A stretch of DNA of 48,890 nucleotides from Promethearchaeota archaeon. Its GTDB lineage: Archaea; Asgardarchaeota; Hermodarchaeia; Hermodarchaeales; Hermodarchaeaceae. Below the pieces are notes generated by a model. The model made no database searches. It was not told the DNA's origin and saw nothing but the letters and a program-made list of their open reading frames with translations. This document shows, piece after piece, positions 19,009 through 29,001 of this stretch. Position 1 is the stretch's first letter; every line of letters begins with the position of its first letter. A program made the translations under genes and the position numbers. The stretch spans positions 1 through 48,890 of the forward strand of contig JBHLPR010000012.1 of assembly GCA_048939245.1 (NCBI GenBank), in the 5' to 3' direction.

Positions 19009-19941
19009 CTACTTCATAAGAGCCATCAGTTTCTCTGCGATAATCATCGAATTCGCGCGCGAGGCTTCCGAGGTTTGAGCACCAATATGCGGGGTGGAGA
19101 CCACATTAGGCAATGAAACAAGCTTCTGCAATGAGGCATTATCAAAAGGCGGTTCCTCGGTAAAAACGTCAATCCCTGCGCCGCCCAGATGCCCATCCAC
19201 TAGACTCTGATACAGTGCATTTTCATCCACAATGCCACCACGAGCAGTATTGATGAGAATAGCCCCCTGTGGCATAGCCTCCAACTCTTTAGTTCCAATG
19301 AGCCCACGTGTCTGAGGAATTAGAGGAACATGCACAGTCAGAATATCGGAGACAGCAACAAGTTCCTCCGCAGGAACGTATTTGACGCCCATCTTTTTCA
19401 TAATCTCAATTCTGGAAGAACTCAAATCAAATCCATACACAGTCATCCCAAAAGCGAGTGCCCGTTTAGCCACTTCTGCACCGATGAGCCCAAATCCCCA
19501 TATCCCTATTCGTCGCCCGCGCATTTCGCCACCCTTACTTGTCTTTTTTAACCATTCTCCACGCCGAATACCTGCGTCAGCAGATGAAATATGACGCAAT
19601 ACACTAAGCGCAAGGGCAAACACCAATTCGGCAACAGAAACCGAAGGCCCTTCAGGGGAATTGACCACCTGCACGCCTTTCTCCTTTGCCGCCTCGCGAT
19701 CCACGTTATCTAAGCCAACGCCTGCACGGGCAATCACCTTCAGCGAGGTACCTGCATGGATAACATCCTTAGTGACTTTGGTACGGCTTCGGACAATAAT
19801 CGCATCATAACCGTCAATAGATTCTAATAACTGCGCAGGAGTGATATCTGTGCGAACGGCAAGGTCAAAGCCTGCCTTCATCAATTTTTCAATGGCATCC
19901 TCATGAATGGAGTCTGCAACCAAGATTCGACTTTTAACCAT
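19009..19941 (-). CDS. D-isomer 2-hydroxyacid dehydrogenase (D-3-phosphoglycerate dehydrogenase-like, no ACT domain)
   Basis: [32 protein letters not shown]. Confidence 0.88.
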   Translation of the reverse strand: MVKSRILVADSIHEDAIEKLMKAGFDLAVRTDITPAQLLESIDGYDAIIVRSRTKVTKDVIHAGTSLKVIARAGVGLDNVDREAAKEKGVQVVNSPEGPSVSVAELVFALALSVLRHISSADAGIRRGEWLKKTSKGGEMRGRRIGIWGFGLIGAEVAKRALAFGMTVYGFDLSSSRIEIMKKMGVKYVPAEELVAVSDILTVHVPLIPQTRGLIGTKELEAMPQGAILINTARGGIVDENALYQSLVDGHLGGAGIDVFTEEPPFDNASLQKLVSLPNVVSTPHIGAQTSEASRANSMIIAEKLMALMK

Positions 19942-20067
19942 TTTTTTCACCTAATAGTGGATTCACATCATCTTTTCTTTATGAATGGAAGTATTGTTAT
20001 TTGCGAATGCACCAATCGCTGTGATTTATTTGTTATTATTAATATTAGTCCTTGGAGTTCGCTTATC

Positions 20068-21276
20068 TTGTTGATTGGAATTGTCGGGAAACCGTCTTCA
20101 GGAAAGAGCACCTTTCTTAACGCTGCCTGTCGGACAGCAGTAAAAGTTGGTGCATACCCCTTTACCACCATTGAACCGAATCCCGGAACTGCCTATGTTC
20201 GTGTCGATTGCCTTTGCCGAGAATTCGGAGTTACATGCAACGCCAAGAATTCCGTGTGTCGCGATGGCGTACGATTTATTCCAATTGAAATGTTGGATGT
20301 TGCTGGACTTGTTCCAGATGCCCATCTTGGACGAGGTCGGGGTAATCAATTTCTCAACGAGCTAAGCCGAGCTGATGCTTTTATCCATGTGGTGGATACT
20401 TCAGGATCCCTTGATGCTGAAGGACGAGATGTTGAGCCAGGTAGCTGGGATCCCCGTCAAGATATCGAGTTTCTTGAACATGAATTGAATATGTGGCTTG
20501 TCCAAATGCTGCAACGAGATTGGCGACGGCTTTCGCGCAGAGCCGAGACAGAAAAAATGAAAATTAGTACCTTGTTAGGTGAAAAACTTTCAGGACTCCA
20601 AATCAGTGAGGGAGCGATTAATCATGCAATTCGTGATGCGGAACTTCAAACCAGCAAACCTACGGCTTGGTCTGATGCGGAACTTGAAAGATTTGTACAG
20701 AAGCTACGGCGTCGAGCAAAGCCCATGGTGATTGCAGCTAACAAAATAGACCGGCCACAAGCAACTAAGAACTTGAAACTGCTCCGAGAACTCTCTGATG
20801 AAATCGTCATTCCATGTACAGCAGTAGGAGAATTTGTACTCCGTAACCTTAGTGAAAAGGGTGTGATTTCTTACCAACCAGGTGCATCGAGTTTCGAGAT
20901 GATAACTCCCGATAAATTAGGTGAAAATGAACAGTCACAATTACATCGATTACAAGCAGAGATTTTGGATAAGTATGGCTCGACTGGCGTACAACAAGTG
21001 TTGAATACGACTGTATTCGATGTGCTTCAACTCATCCCTGTGTATCCAGTCGAAGATGCAGGAAAACTCTCTGATCATGATGGAAATGTCCTTCCCGATG
21101 TTTATCTGGTGCCCCAAGGAACCACCGCCCGTGGTCTTGCTTACAAAATACATACAGAATTAGGTGATACGTTCATTCACGCGCTTGACGCCCGTACAAA
21201 GAAAAGATTAGCAGAAAACTATGAACTCCAAGCTAATGATGTGATTCGCATTGTTGCCGCCGGCGCTACCCACTAG
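20068..21276 (+). CDS. ychF: OBG-family YchF-like translation-associated GTPase with TGS domain
   Basis: [26 protein letters not shown]; TTG start chosen. Confidence 0.9.
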   Translation: MLIGIVGKPSSGKSTFLNAACRTAVKVGAYPFTTIEPNPGTAYVRVDCLCREFGVTCNAKNSVCRDGVRFIPIEMLDVAGLVPDAHLGRGRGNQFLNELSRADAFIHVVDTSGSLDAEGRDVEPGSWDPRQDIEFLEHELNMWLVQMLQRDWRRLSRRAETEKMKISTLLGEKLSGLQISEGAINHAIRDAELQTSKPTAWSDAELERFVQKLRRRAKPMVIAANKIDRPQATKNLKLLRELSDEIVIPCTAVGEFVLRNLSEKGVISYQPGASSFEMITPDKLGENEQSQLHRLQAEILDKYGSTGVQQVLNTTVFDVLQLIPVYPVEDAGKLSDHDGNVLPDVYLVPQGTTARGLAYKIHTELGDTFIHALDARTKKRLAENYELQANDVIRIVAAGATH

Positions 21277-21720
21277 CTATGGGGTCTCACGCTCATAATG
21301 GCCCCAAGATTTCTTGGTACCAAAACTGCGGAGTCCCTGGCATTTTAACTGGTTTCGAAGTTCTTCAGCATGATTCGAATTTATTTCTCCACGTTTTTCA
21401 AGAAAATTAATAATTTCCAACGCTTCAGCTTCCGTCGTACAGCGTCGCAAGAAATCAACCACATCAGGTGAATAACCGGAAAACCGGTCTCCACTCGACT
21501 GTACGGGTTGGCGAGTGCGGTCAGTTTCCTCCCAACGAACCCCATCGATTTGGACACTTGGATCAGATGATTGGACTTCATTCGCTAGGTGTGGTAAATG
21601 CCCCAAGATTTTGTTGGTCAAATCATCAGATTCACTAACAACTGTTTCTTCAAGCGTTTTTTCAATCTCAGAGGTAAGGTCAATCTCTTTCCTTTTCTTC
21701 TGCTTTCTTTTTGGACTCAT
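21277..21720 (-). CDS. DUF2095 family protein
   Basis: PDVVDFLRRC...EALEIINFLEKRGEI...GLRSFG. Confidence 0.75.
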   Translation of the reverse strand: MSPKRKQKKRKEIDLTSEIEKTLEETVVSESDDLTNKILGHLPHLANEVQSSDPSVQIDGVRWEETDRTRQPVQSSGDRFSGYSPDVVDFLRRCTTEAEALEIINFLEKRGEINSNHAEELRNQLKCQGLRSFGTKKSWGHYERETP

Positions 21721-21750
21721 AGTTATACCCCAAGCGTTTGAAGTAGACGA

Positions 21751-23310
21751 TCACTGTTCAAGCTTGGCAAACCGTCGCAGTAAAATATTCCGATTAACGC
21801 CTACATCAATTCGGTCCCAGGTAAAACTTACATCCGTTGGATAATCAGCTGTTGCAAGTGTCTCAAGATTCATGCCACGTTGTTTTGCAGCTTGAAACCA
21901 AGTACCAGCGGTGGCTTTTTCCTGTTTTGCCACATCAAGAATTAATTGAGCCAGGGCACTTGAACCCCGCGCTAATGTGGCTTGAATCACCGCCCAGCGA
22001 GGATTGGATAAATCTAGGTGAATTTTTCCATAGCGCCGAAGACGCTCAAGCAATTTAAGTCGTTTTTTCAAGGTGTTTGGGGGAGTGAGACCCACCCATT
22101 GGTAGGGGGTATGGGGTTTGGGAATGAAGGGAGAGACGCCAACATGGATTCGATGACTTTTCTCGGTGAGTGTGAGTAACTTTACACAGAAATCGCATAT
22201 CGCTTGTATATCCTCATCAGTTTCAGTCGGTAGCCCAATCATAAAATAGAGCTTGAATTGCGTAAACCCTGCCTTTAGGGCGGCTTCGAAGGCCTGCAAG
22301 AAGGTATCATCGGAGATGGATTTACCGATAAGAGTGCGCAATCGTTCAGACCCGGCTTCAGGAGCGAAAGTGAGAGTGCGTTGTTTGCCCTCATAGATTA
22401 AGGGAAGAATTCCAAGGTCAGGGAGATCTGCTCGTAGTGAAGGAACAGATAATTGGTAACCTTCGTTTATAATGAATGAAAGAAGGGGAGTTAATTGTGA
22501 ATAATCACTAAATCCCGATGCTAAGAGGGCAACCTTATCTACTTGAGAGCACCGAGTTCCGTCTTCAATGATGTGTTTTAGGGTTTCAAGCGAGCGTTCT
22601 CGTCGGGCACGACAGTGATAGCTTGTCATACAAAAATTACAGCGATGATCACAACCTCTGGAGATTTCCACTAGCAGACTTTGACCAAAGGTCGGTTCAA
22701 GCTCTGACGGATAAGGTGGCACAGGCAGAATCTGACATTGAGGATGAAGGGCAGAGTCTAAATCCGTAGCGAATGCCCGAACGCCCGTATCTCTTGCCGC
22801 GAATAAGAAATGCGAATCTAGTTGGGTTCTCAGGTCAGCTTGGTCGTGTGCGCTAATAAGAGCAGCCAGAAGCTGTGAAAATACTGGTTCAATATCCCCT
22901 AAGTGTACCACGTCGACAAACGGTAAGATGGGAAATGGATTCGATGTGGCGCAGGGACCACCGATAATTACCCAAGGACGGGTTCGGTCAGCAGATAAGG
23001 GGGGGATTCCCGATCGGACAAGCATCTCAATAGCGTGTACAAAGTCGGTTTCAAACTGTAGGGAAAAAGCAATAACATCGAATTTCGAGAGCGGTTGCCC
23101 CGATTCTAGCGACCGTGGAATCTCACCTGGAACATGAAAAACGCGTTCACAAACCGCATCTGGATTCTCATTGAAGTATGCATAGAGTAGATGAACGGCG
23201 AGGCTTGTCATACCTACACGATAGGCGTTAGGATAGCACAGCGCAACACGGAGCTTAACTTTGCGCCAGTCTTTTTGTACGACATTACGCTCCCGAAACC
23301 GTTCTGGCAT
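21751..23310 (-). CDS. Uncharacterised radical SAM protein (COG1032/TIGR03960-like)
   Basis: YPNAYRVGMTSL, EISRGCDHRCNFC, APEAGSERLR, YFMIGLPTET, PKPHTP. Confidence 0.88.
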   Translation of the reverse strand: MPERFRERNVVQKDWRKVKLRVALCYPNAYRVGMTSLAVHLLYAYFNENPDAVCERVFHVPGEIPRSLESGQPLSKFDVIAFSLQFETDFVHAIEMLVRSGIPPLSADRTRPWVIIGGPCATSNPFPILPFVDVVHLGDIEPVFSQLLAALISAHDQADLRTQLDSHFLFAARDTGVRAFATDLDSALHPQCQILPVPPYPSELEPTFGQSLLVEISRGCDHRCNFCMTSYHCRARRERSLETLKHIIEDGTRCSQVDKVALLASGFSDYSQLTPLLSFIINEGYQLSVPSLRADLPDLGILPLIYEGKQRTLTFAPEAGSERLRTLIGKSISDDTFLQAFEAALKAGFTQFKLYFMIGLPTETDEDIQAICDFCVKLLTLTEKSHRIHVGVSPFIPKPHTPYQWVGLTPPNTLKKRLKLLERLRRYGKIHLDLSNPRWAVIQATLARGSSALAQLILDVAKQEKATAGTWFQAAKQRGMNLETLATADYPTDVSFTWDRIDVGVNRNILLRRFAKLEQ

Positions 23311-23471
23311 CGCTATCACTTCGTTTGGAGGCACTACTCCAAACTCTTAATGAACTATTTTCCTTCCTAGCCCGGAATCCACGTTACTTTAACCTTCTGA
23401 CTTTATCGGAATTGGGAGGGAAGGGTCCCGTTTTGGGGAAAATGATTTTGGTAAAGAAATGAAATGGGCGT

Positions 23472-23756
23472 CTAATCACCGGAAAGCTGGACAAGGGAGT
23501 GAAGGGAAGGGGATTCAACTGCAATCCGTCCTTTCATGCCTTCCAGCTCAGCAAGGAAGGTTCTGAGGGCTTTCGCGCGTTTGAAGACGCGGACAATGCC
23601 TAACTCTGTGATGCGAAGAACCGCTACACGATTCATAACCTCGACGTAAATGCCGCCTAAATAGAGATCGTGTTTGAGAAAGATTCGTCGCCCTGATTCA
23701 TTCTCTACATTGCGGGCTTTCCAAAAACCCTGCCGCTGGAGTGTTCGAGCAAACAT
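23472..23756 (-). CDS. Hypothetical protein (94 aa)
   Basis: ATG ORF in an otherwise empty gap, with TTTAAA ~20-25 nt upstream (possible short leader). Confidence 0.5.
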   Translation of the reverse strand: MFARTLQRQGFWKARNVENESGRRIFLKHDLYLGGIYVEVMNRVAVLRITELGIVRVFKRAKALRTFLAELEGMKGRIAVESPSLHSLVQLSGD

Positions 23757-24077
23757 ACTAGCCAGACCCTCGTTTAAAGGCGCATCAATCTCTAATAAGG
23801 CTTACCGGTTCGCTTTCGCAGAAAACTGTTTTAAGTCGGTTTAATTTTTAAAGAAAAAAACGTGTTTAAACCTCACTTTCAAACCCTGTTCTTAAACACA
23901 AATACTGAATCCGAGGTTGTATAAAAACCCACTAATATCTCCATAACATGCGCGCGCTTAAAGGCGGTAATATCGGCATCACATTCTAGACTCAACAAGT
24001 TCAAAAGAGCCAGGCGTAAGGAGCCGACAAGACATTAAGCAAAGTAGCGATTTATCTTGATAAAATGGGCGATTGCA

Positions 24078-24938
24078 ATGATTTCAAGAAAGAAATTTGG
24101 ACGGACAGGCCATCTTAGCACACGCATCATCTTCGGTTCATATGCTCTGAGCAAAGGAACAAAAGCAGAAGCAGAAAAAGCCTTGGCACTGTTACAGGAA
24201 TACGGCGTGAATCATATCGATACCGCCCCCATGTACGGCAAGGCAGAGAAGCTTATTGGACCATGGTTGACCAAACACCGAGACGACTTCTTCATTGCTA
24301 CAAAAACGCGTAGCCGTTCACGAGAAGGAGCCATGAAGCAGTTAAAGAGATCATTAGAAAGACTATGCGTCGATTATGTTGATCTCTGGCAGATGCATGG
24401 TCTCACCAATCCGGGAGGATGGGAAAAGGCGATGGGACCGGATGGTACCTTGGAAGCCTTCATTGAAGCGCGCGAGGAAGGGTTGGTCCGATATCTGGGC
24501 GTAACTGGCCATGGAATCAAAGTGCCGGTAATGCATAAGCTCAGCTTGGAGCGATTTGATTTTGATACCGTCTTATTGCCCTACAATTATTCGTTGATGC
24601 AGAATTCTAGCTATGCTGCTGATTTCAAAAAGTTAATACAACTATGTCGGAAGCGTAACGTTGCTGTCCAAACCACTAAATCGGTTGCCAGAAGTCCATG
24701 GAGAGATCGTCCTAAGACCCACAATACCTATTTTTATGAGCCTTTACTAGCGCAAGAGGCCATAGAGAAGGCAGTACATTGGGCCCTGGGTTTTTCGAAC
24801 AGTTTCCTAATCACTGGCGGCGATATGCAACTTTTACCAAAAATGCTGGTAGCTGCGGCCAATTATAAGACGCAACCAGCGGATAGCGAAATGAGAGCTA
24901 TGGTTGCGAAGTTCGATGTTCAACCGATTTTTTCTTAA
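24078..24938 (+). CDS. Aldo/keto reductase
   Basis: FGRTG, IDTAPMYG, ATK, SLERL, DLWQMH, LGVTGH. Confidence 0.9.
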   Translation: MISRKKFGRTGHLSTRIIFGSYALSKGTKAEAEKALALLQEYGVNHIDTAPMYGKAEKLIGPWLTKHRDDFFIATKTRSRSREGAMKQLKRSLERLCVDYVDLWQMHGLTNPGGWEKAMGPDGTLEAFIEAREEGLVRYLGVTGHGIKVPVMHKLSLERFDFDTVLLPYNYSLMQNSSYAADFKKLIQLCRKRNVAVQTTKSVARSPWRDRPKTHNTYFYEPLLAQEAIEKAVHWALGFSNSFLITGGDMQLLPKMLVAAANYKTQPADSEMRAMVAKFDVQPIFS

Positions 24939-24951
24939 ACAGAATAAAGTG

Positions 24952-24971
24952 CGAAGTTAGCCCTAACTTCG
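24952..24971. terminator. Inverted repeat CGAAGTTAG-CC-CTAACTTCG between convergent genes
   Basis: 9-bp perfect arms just after the AKR stop; a terminator role is only inferred. Confidence 0.35.
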
Positions 24972-25028
24972 AAGACCAAAGTCAATTGATTCTTGAAAAG
25001 AGAGGAACCATGATTCGTTCATTGAAGT

Positions 25029-25619
25029 CTAGCTAGCTGCCGCAGGTTGGACAAGAAGCTTACTCTTTCGGATTTCGCTCTTCCGAAGAGGAAAGATCAT
25101 TTTTGCTTTATTGTAAATATCGCTACCAATTTTGCCGAGAACACATTCCTGGATGAATGCGTCGAACTTAAGTTGTTTAGCCCGTTTGGCAATGATCTTT
25201 TGCATAACCTCACGAATCGCCGATTGCTGAGTTGTCTTGGCGCGGCGTACAGGAAACGCAACCGCGTAGACACGGATCTCATAGCCGTCTTTTGTGCTAA
25301 CATCAAAGATGCCGTCAATTCTGCTGCTTCCACGACGAACCAAGCTGCGCAAATAATCTCGAGTAAAATCATGCCCTGCAAAATGAGTATAGGCTTTATC
25401 ACCTTTGACTTCATTGATTTGAAAATACAACTTGATATGGATCTGATTGAAGTCGCCTGATATGGCATACAAAGTGGTCTCCACCCTACGACCGACCAAG
25501 ATTTTGGGGTTCGCAGCGGGAGTTGCCCCGATTTCAACGTTTCCGAAGGAAGAGGGGGCGACCATCATATACCAACGTTTTTCACGCCATTTATCGCGTA
25601 CTCGAGATTGCCGGCTCAT
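25029..25619 (-). CDS. rps3ae: 30S ribosomal protein S3ae (eS1)
   Basis: DKWREKRWY, GRRVE, DYLRSLVRR, IFPLRKSEIRK. Confidence 0.96.
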   Translation of the reverse strand: MSRQSRVRDKWREKRWYMMVAPSSFGNVEIGATPAANPKILVGRRVETTLYAISGDFNQIHIKLYFQINEVKGDKAYTHFAGHDFTRDYLRSLVRRGSSRIDGIFDVSTKDGYEIRVYAVAFPVRRAKTTQQSAIREVMQKIIAKRAKQLKFDAFIQECVLGKIGSDIYNKAKMIFPLRKSEIRKSKLLVQPAAAS

Positions 25620-25682
25620 AATCGGTTACCTTTCACTTACTATTCTTTTTTGATGAAGCGTGAAGGGCAAAACCTGCTGCGG

Positions 25683-27179
25683 CTATTTAATTGTTTCCTC
25701 ATTCTCACTCTCTGCGGGTTGAGGAACAACCTCTTTCATCCGGCCTAATTGTTTTCGGAGAATACGTTCCATTATTTTCAAGAATTGCTCTTCTTGTCCC
25801 CGAGGAATAGTAGCACCAGCTGCAATATTGTGTCCTCCGCCTTGGGAACCACTTCCGATTTCAGCTGAAGCCTGTTTCATAGCCGCACCAAGGTCTGCTC
25901 CCGCTTCGACGATTCGACGTGTTGTACGACCCGAGACCTTAACCTGCCCATCACGGGAATAGACAAAGGCAATAACGGGTTTAGACCAATCTAAAATTCG
26001 TGAATTCAATGCCATACCGGCAATTGAGCCGACAATGGTATCAGGAACCCGATTTTTTGCATGGAAAGTTTGGATGAGTTGTAGTTTCGTGACTGCTTCC
26101 AAATCATCCGTTAGCCATTGAAGCCCCAAGGCAAGTTGTTCGCGATACTCTTTGAGAATTGTTTCGGCCTTCCGGAGCAAATCGTGGCGGTCACCCATGC
26201 AGATAGCAACACCGATGCCACCCTGGTTAGATCGACCAGTAGCATTGAGTAGGGTGGAAAACATGCGCGCATCACGGAGAAAACTACCTTTCTCTTCGCG
26301 CACCAATGTGAATACAACGCCGATGAGAGATTGCGCTTCTCGTGGAGGGATGTTATGTTTGAGCATGTAGGTGACGAGTTCGGAGTTAAGCTTGCGCTTT
26401 TCTTCCTTTGAGAGAGCAGCAATGGTTCGCCAGTCATCCCCGTCTCGGAGGTCGATTTCAAGGTCCGCTAGAAAATTTAAGGCCCCTTCAGGGTCATTAC
26501 TAATACCTGGAATATAGGGATCACTACTATACTGTAAAGCTATATGAATGGGGCGTGTTTCACGACCGAAAATCCGCATATCGATGGATCGATCTATAAC
26601 CCCGCTAGCAATTGCATCCTCGATGATGATTTCTTTGTTGAGCCCAACAAAGTCATGCTGTTTGCCTCGATCTTGAATATCGCCTAATGCTCCGACCACA
26701 GCAAGACCAGCAAGATCTTCATTTGACCCACCAAGGTGCCGGGCAACCAAATAGGAGACCCCAGCCCCGGAGATTTCATAGGTACCATCAAATCCAAATT
26801 GGTGGGGGTTGACTTGGCGAATATTCGAAGGCGTTTTCTTTTTCTGTGGGGGATGATGATCCATGATGACAATTTCTGAGTCCTTCAAGGTTTCCTCGAC
26901 GTGAGAAAATTGCCCGCTTCCCAAATCGCAAAATATGAACCGTCCTGGACCCCTGGCTGCTAATTTGGAGAGATACATTTGGTCCATTTGTCGAACGATG
27001 CGGAGATGAAAAGGTGTTTTTCGCCGAGAAAGAGCAGAAGCGATTATGCCTGCAGCAGAAAGACCATCCGCATCAAGGTGAGAGGTGATAAAAATTGGCT
27101 CATTTGCTTCAATCCATTCACTGATTCGGTTTGCTGCTGAGTCTGCCGTTGCCAAGAGGCGATCTAAGTCTTTTTTCAA
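25683..27179 (-). CDS. RecJ/Cdc45-like DHH nuclease (GAN-like)
   Basis: HLDADG, DLG, DHH, GGGHNIAAG; conserved position between rps15 and rps3ae. Confidence 0.88.
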   Translation of the reverse strand: MKKDLDRLLATADSAANRISEWIEANEPIFITSHLDADGLSAAGIIASALSRRKTPFHLRIVRQMDQMYLSKLAARGPGRFIFCDLGSGQFSHVEETLKDSEIVIMDHHPPQKKKTPSNIRQVNPHQFGFDGTYEISGAGVSYLVARHLGGSNEDLAGLAVVGALGDIQDRGKQHDFVGLNKEIIIEDAIASGVIDRSIDMRIFGRETRPIHIALQYSSDPYIPGISNDPEGALNFLADLEIDLRDGDDWRTIAALSKEEKRKLNSELVTYMLKHNIPPREAQSLIGVVFTLVREEKGSFLRDARMFSTLLNATGRSNQGGIGVAICMGDRHDLLRKAETILKEYREQLALGLQWLTDDLEAVTKLQLIQTFHAKNRVPDTIVGSIAGMALNSRILDWSKPVIAFVYSRDGQVKVSGRTTRRIVEAGADLGAAMKQASAEIGSGSQGGGHNIAAGATIPRGQEEQFLKIMERILRKQLGRMKEVVPQPAESENEETIK

Positions 27180-27205
27180 GGAAATCAGCCAACAGTCCTC
27201 TACGC

Positions 27206-27661
27206 CTAACGAATGAGGAGCGCGGCTTGCTCAGGTGTGTATCTCCAGTCTTGAGGAAGAACGCCCCGTCGACGGTAATATTTCACTAGGCGTCGTATTT
27301 TACTCTCGATAAGTCGAAGTCCGTATCGAGAGTGAAGGTCCTTTTTCGATTCTTCGAGGTGCCTTCGAAGATTAACGGCTCGAGTGATAAGATGGAATAG
27401 GTCTTCAGGGACCCGGAGCGACTGCTCGTTCTCATTCAGAATTTGGGTAATTGTTTTTCCGGTAATCGCCTTAGTAAGTGGAATTCCGTATTGGTCCCTT
27501 AGTTTGAGCCCAATCATAGCAGGTTGATTACCTTCCTTTGCCAATTTCACAACAAGCTCTTCAACTTCCTCTGGCGTCCGCTGACACCAATCAGGCGTTT
27601 CGAGCCGGATTGGGCGTTTGGAATGAGATTTCCCTTTTCGAGGCGAATGCATTCGAGCCAT
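27206..27661 (-). CDS. rps15: 30S ribosomal protein S15 (uS15)
   Basis: [28 protein letters not shown]. Confidence 0.97.
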   Translation of the reverse strand: MARMHSPRKGKSHSKRPIRLETPDWCQRTPEEVEELVVKLAKEGNQPAMIGLKLRDQYGIPLTKAITGKTITQILNENEQSLRVPEDLFHLITRAVNLRRHLEESKKDLHSRYGLRLIESKIRRLVKYYRRRGVLPQDWRYTPEQAALLIR

Positions 27662-27762
27662 TCAGTTTCACCAAATTGATGAGCAATTCCTGTCAGAGCA
27701 GGAGTAGCAGGTGCAAAGCACCGGAGAGCAGGAGCGGACAACGCTATTTAATTGTATCCCTG

Positions 27763-28341
27763 TTATGTGGTCTTCGAACCGTATTTCAGAAACCATTGCA
27801 CAAATTTCGTTAGTGATTTTGCTCGATGGGAGATTCGGTTTTTCATGTCATCCGGCATTTCAGCATAGGTGGATCCGTCGCCTTCGTCGGGAATGAAAAT
27901 CGGGTCAAACCCCCATTCAGTTCCTCGAATCCGCCGCGAAATACGACCCATCGTTTCGCCTTCGAAAAGTTGAATATCCCGATTTAGCTCCCCATAAGCA
28001 ATCACACTACGAAAGACCGCAGTCCGATTTTTTTCGCCGTCCATTAATTTGAGAATCCCCGGATTACCGAGCGTTTTTAGCACATAAGAAGAGTAGGGAC
28101 CAGGAAACCCGTTGAGAGTATAAATGAACATTCCCGCATCTTCAACAAAGAGTGGTTCTTTTACCACTTCCAAGGCCTGTTGACAGCTATGCTGCGCAAT
28201 GTTATGCAATGAATTCGATTGGATTTCAATTGGTCGTTCATGATATTGTTTGAGTGAAATGCCTGCACGTTTCATGATTATCTGGGCTTCAGCGAATTTG
28301 TTTTTATTCCCTGTAACAAACAGCAAAGATAATTGACTCAT
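27763..28341 (-). CDS. rdgB: XTP/dITP diphosphatase (HAM1/RdgB)
   Basis: TGNKNK, EDAG, GFPGPYS, FDPIF, ISHR. Confidence 0.93.
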   Translation of the reverse strand: MSQLSLLFVTGNKNKFAEAQIIMKRAGISLKQYHERPIEIQSNSLHNIAQHSCQQALEVVKEPLFVEDAGMFIYTLNGFPGPYSSYVLKTLGNPGILKLMDGEKNRTAVFRSVIAYGELNRDIQLFEGETMGRISRRIRGTEWGFDPIFIPDEGDGSTYAEMPDDMKNRISHRAKSLTKFVQWFLKYGSKTT

Positions 28342-28347
28342 GTGGGT

Positions 28348-29001
28348 TCACCGGATTCTCTCCGTGATATATCGCCCTCGACTTTCGATTGCGTCAACCT
28401 TGTGGAAAACATCATCGCTTTTCTTTCCAAAGATCGCCCGATAGCCTTTTTGAAATGCCGTATAACAGTCTTCCCAGTGGGAATAGTGGGTGCTAAGGAG
28501 CGCACGTCGGAGTAAATGTAAATCAGTGCCAAAATCTTCGAGATTTTGGGTAATCGTAGCTAAACCAAAATCGATGAAATAGATGAGCTTGGAGGAAAAT
28601 AAGAGCATATTCGAAGTCGTTAGATCACCATGAGCAATTTCATGCTTGTGTAATCGGGCAACTGATTTGCCAATGGCTTCAAACAGACTCTGTCGTTTTT
28701 TCTTGGCTAGTTTGGGGACCAATTCTTTTACCCGTTGCCCATCAATGTATTCCATAAGTATCGTGGCTGTGTCTACATCGATTTGATAGATAATGGGAGT
28801 CGCTATTCCAGCTTGACGGGCAACAGAGAGTAAGCGGGCTTCGCGAATCGTACGGTCCGTGCGAAGTTTGACGTCTAACTCAGGGAGTCGATAGGATTTG
28901 GGTCGACGATGTTTTCTGATTACCGGGTACCCAAAGAAAGCTTCAAGAAAGAGAGAAGCTTCTGCACCTTTAGCAATAAGTTTAGACAAAGGTAAATTCA
29001 C
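28348..29001 (-). CDS. bud32: KEOPS kinase Bud32
   Basis: KGAEA, KSYR, HGDLTTSN, IDFGL, RGRY; GTG overlaps the kae1 stop. Confidence 0.94.
   Translation of the reverse strand: MNLPLSKLIAKGAEASLFLEAFFGYPVIRKHRRPKSYRLPELDVKLRTDRTIREARLLSVARQAGIATPIIYQIDVDTATILMEYIDGQRVKELVPKLAKKKRQSLFEAIGKSVARLHKHEIAHGDLTTSNMLLFSSKLIYFIDFGLATITQNLEDFGTDLHLLRRALLSTHYSHWEDCYTAFQKGYRAIFGKKSDDVFHKVDAIESRGRYITERIR

Noticed and set aside
19903-20067. N-terminal extension of the YchF-like ORF
   Set aside because: Overlaps the dehydrogenase start and an AT-rich divergent promoter region; the family begins just before the P-loop
23780-24050. Possible replication origin or CRISPR leader in the AT-rich spacer
   Set aside because: No ORB-like repeats, cdc6/orc1 or repeat-spacer array seen
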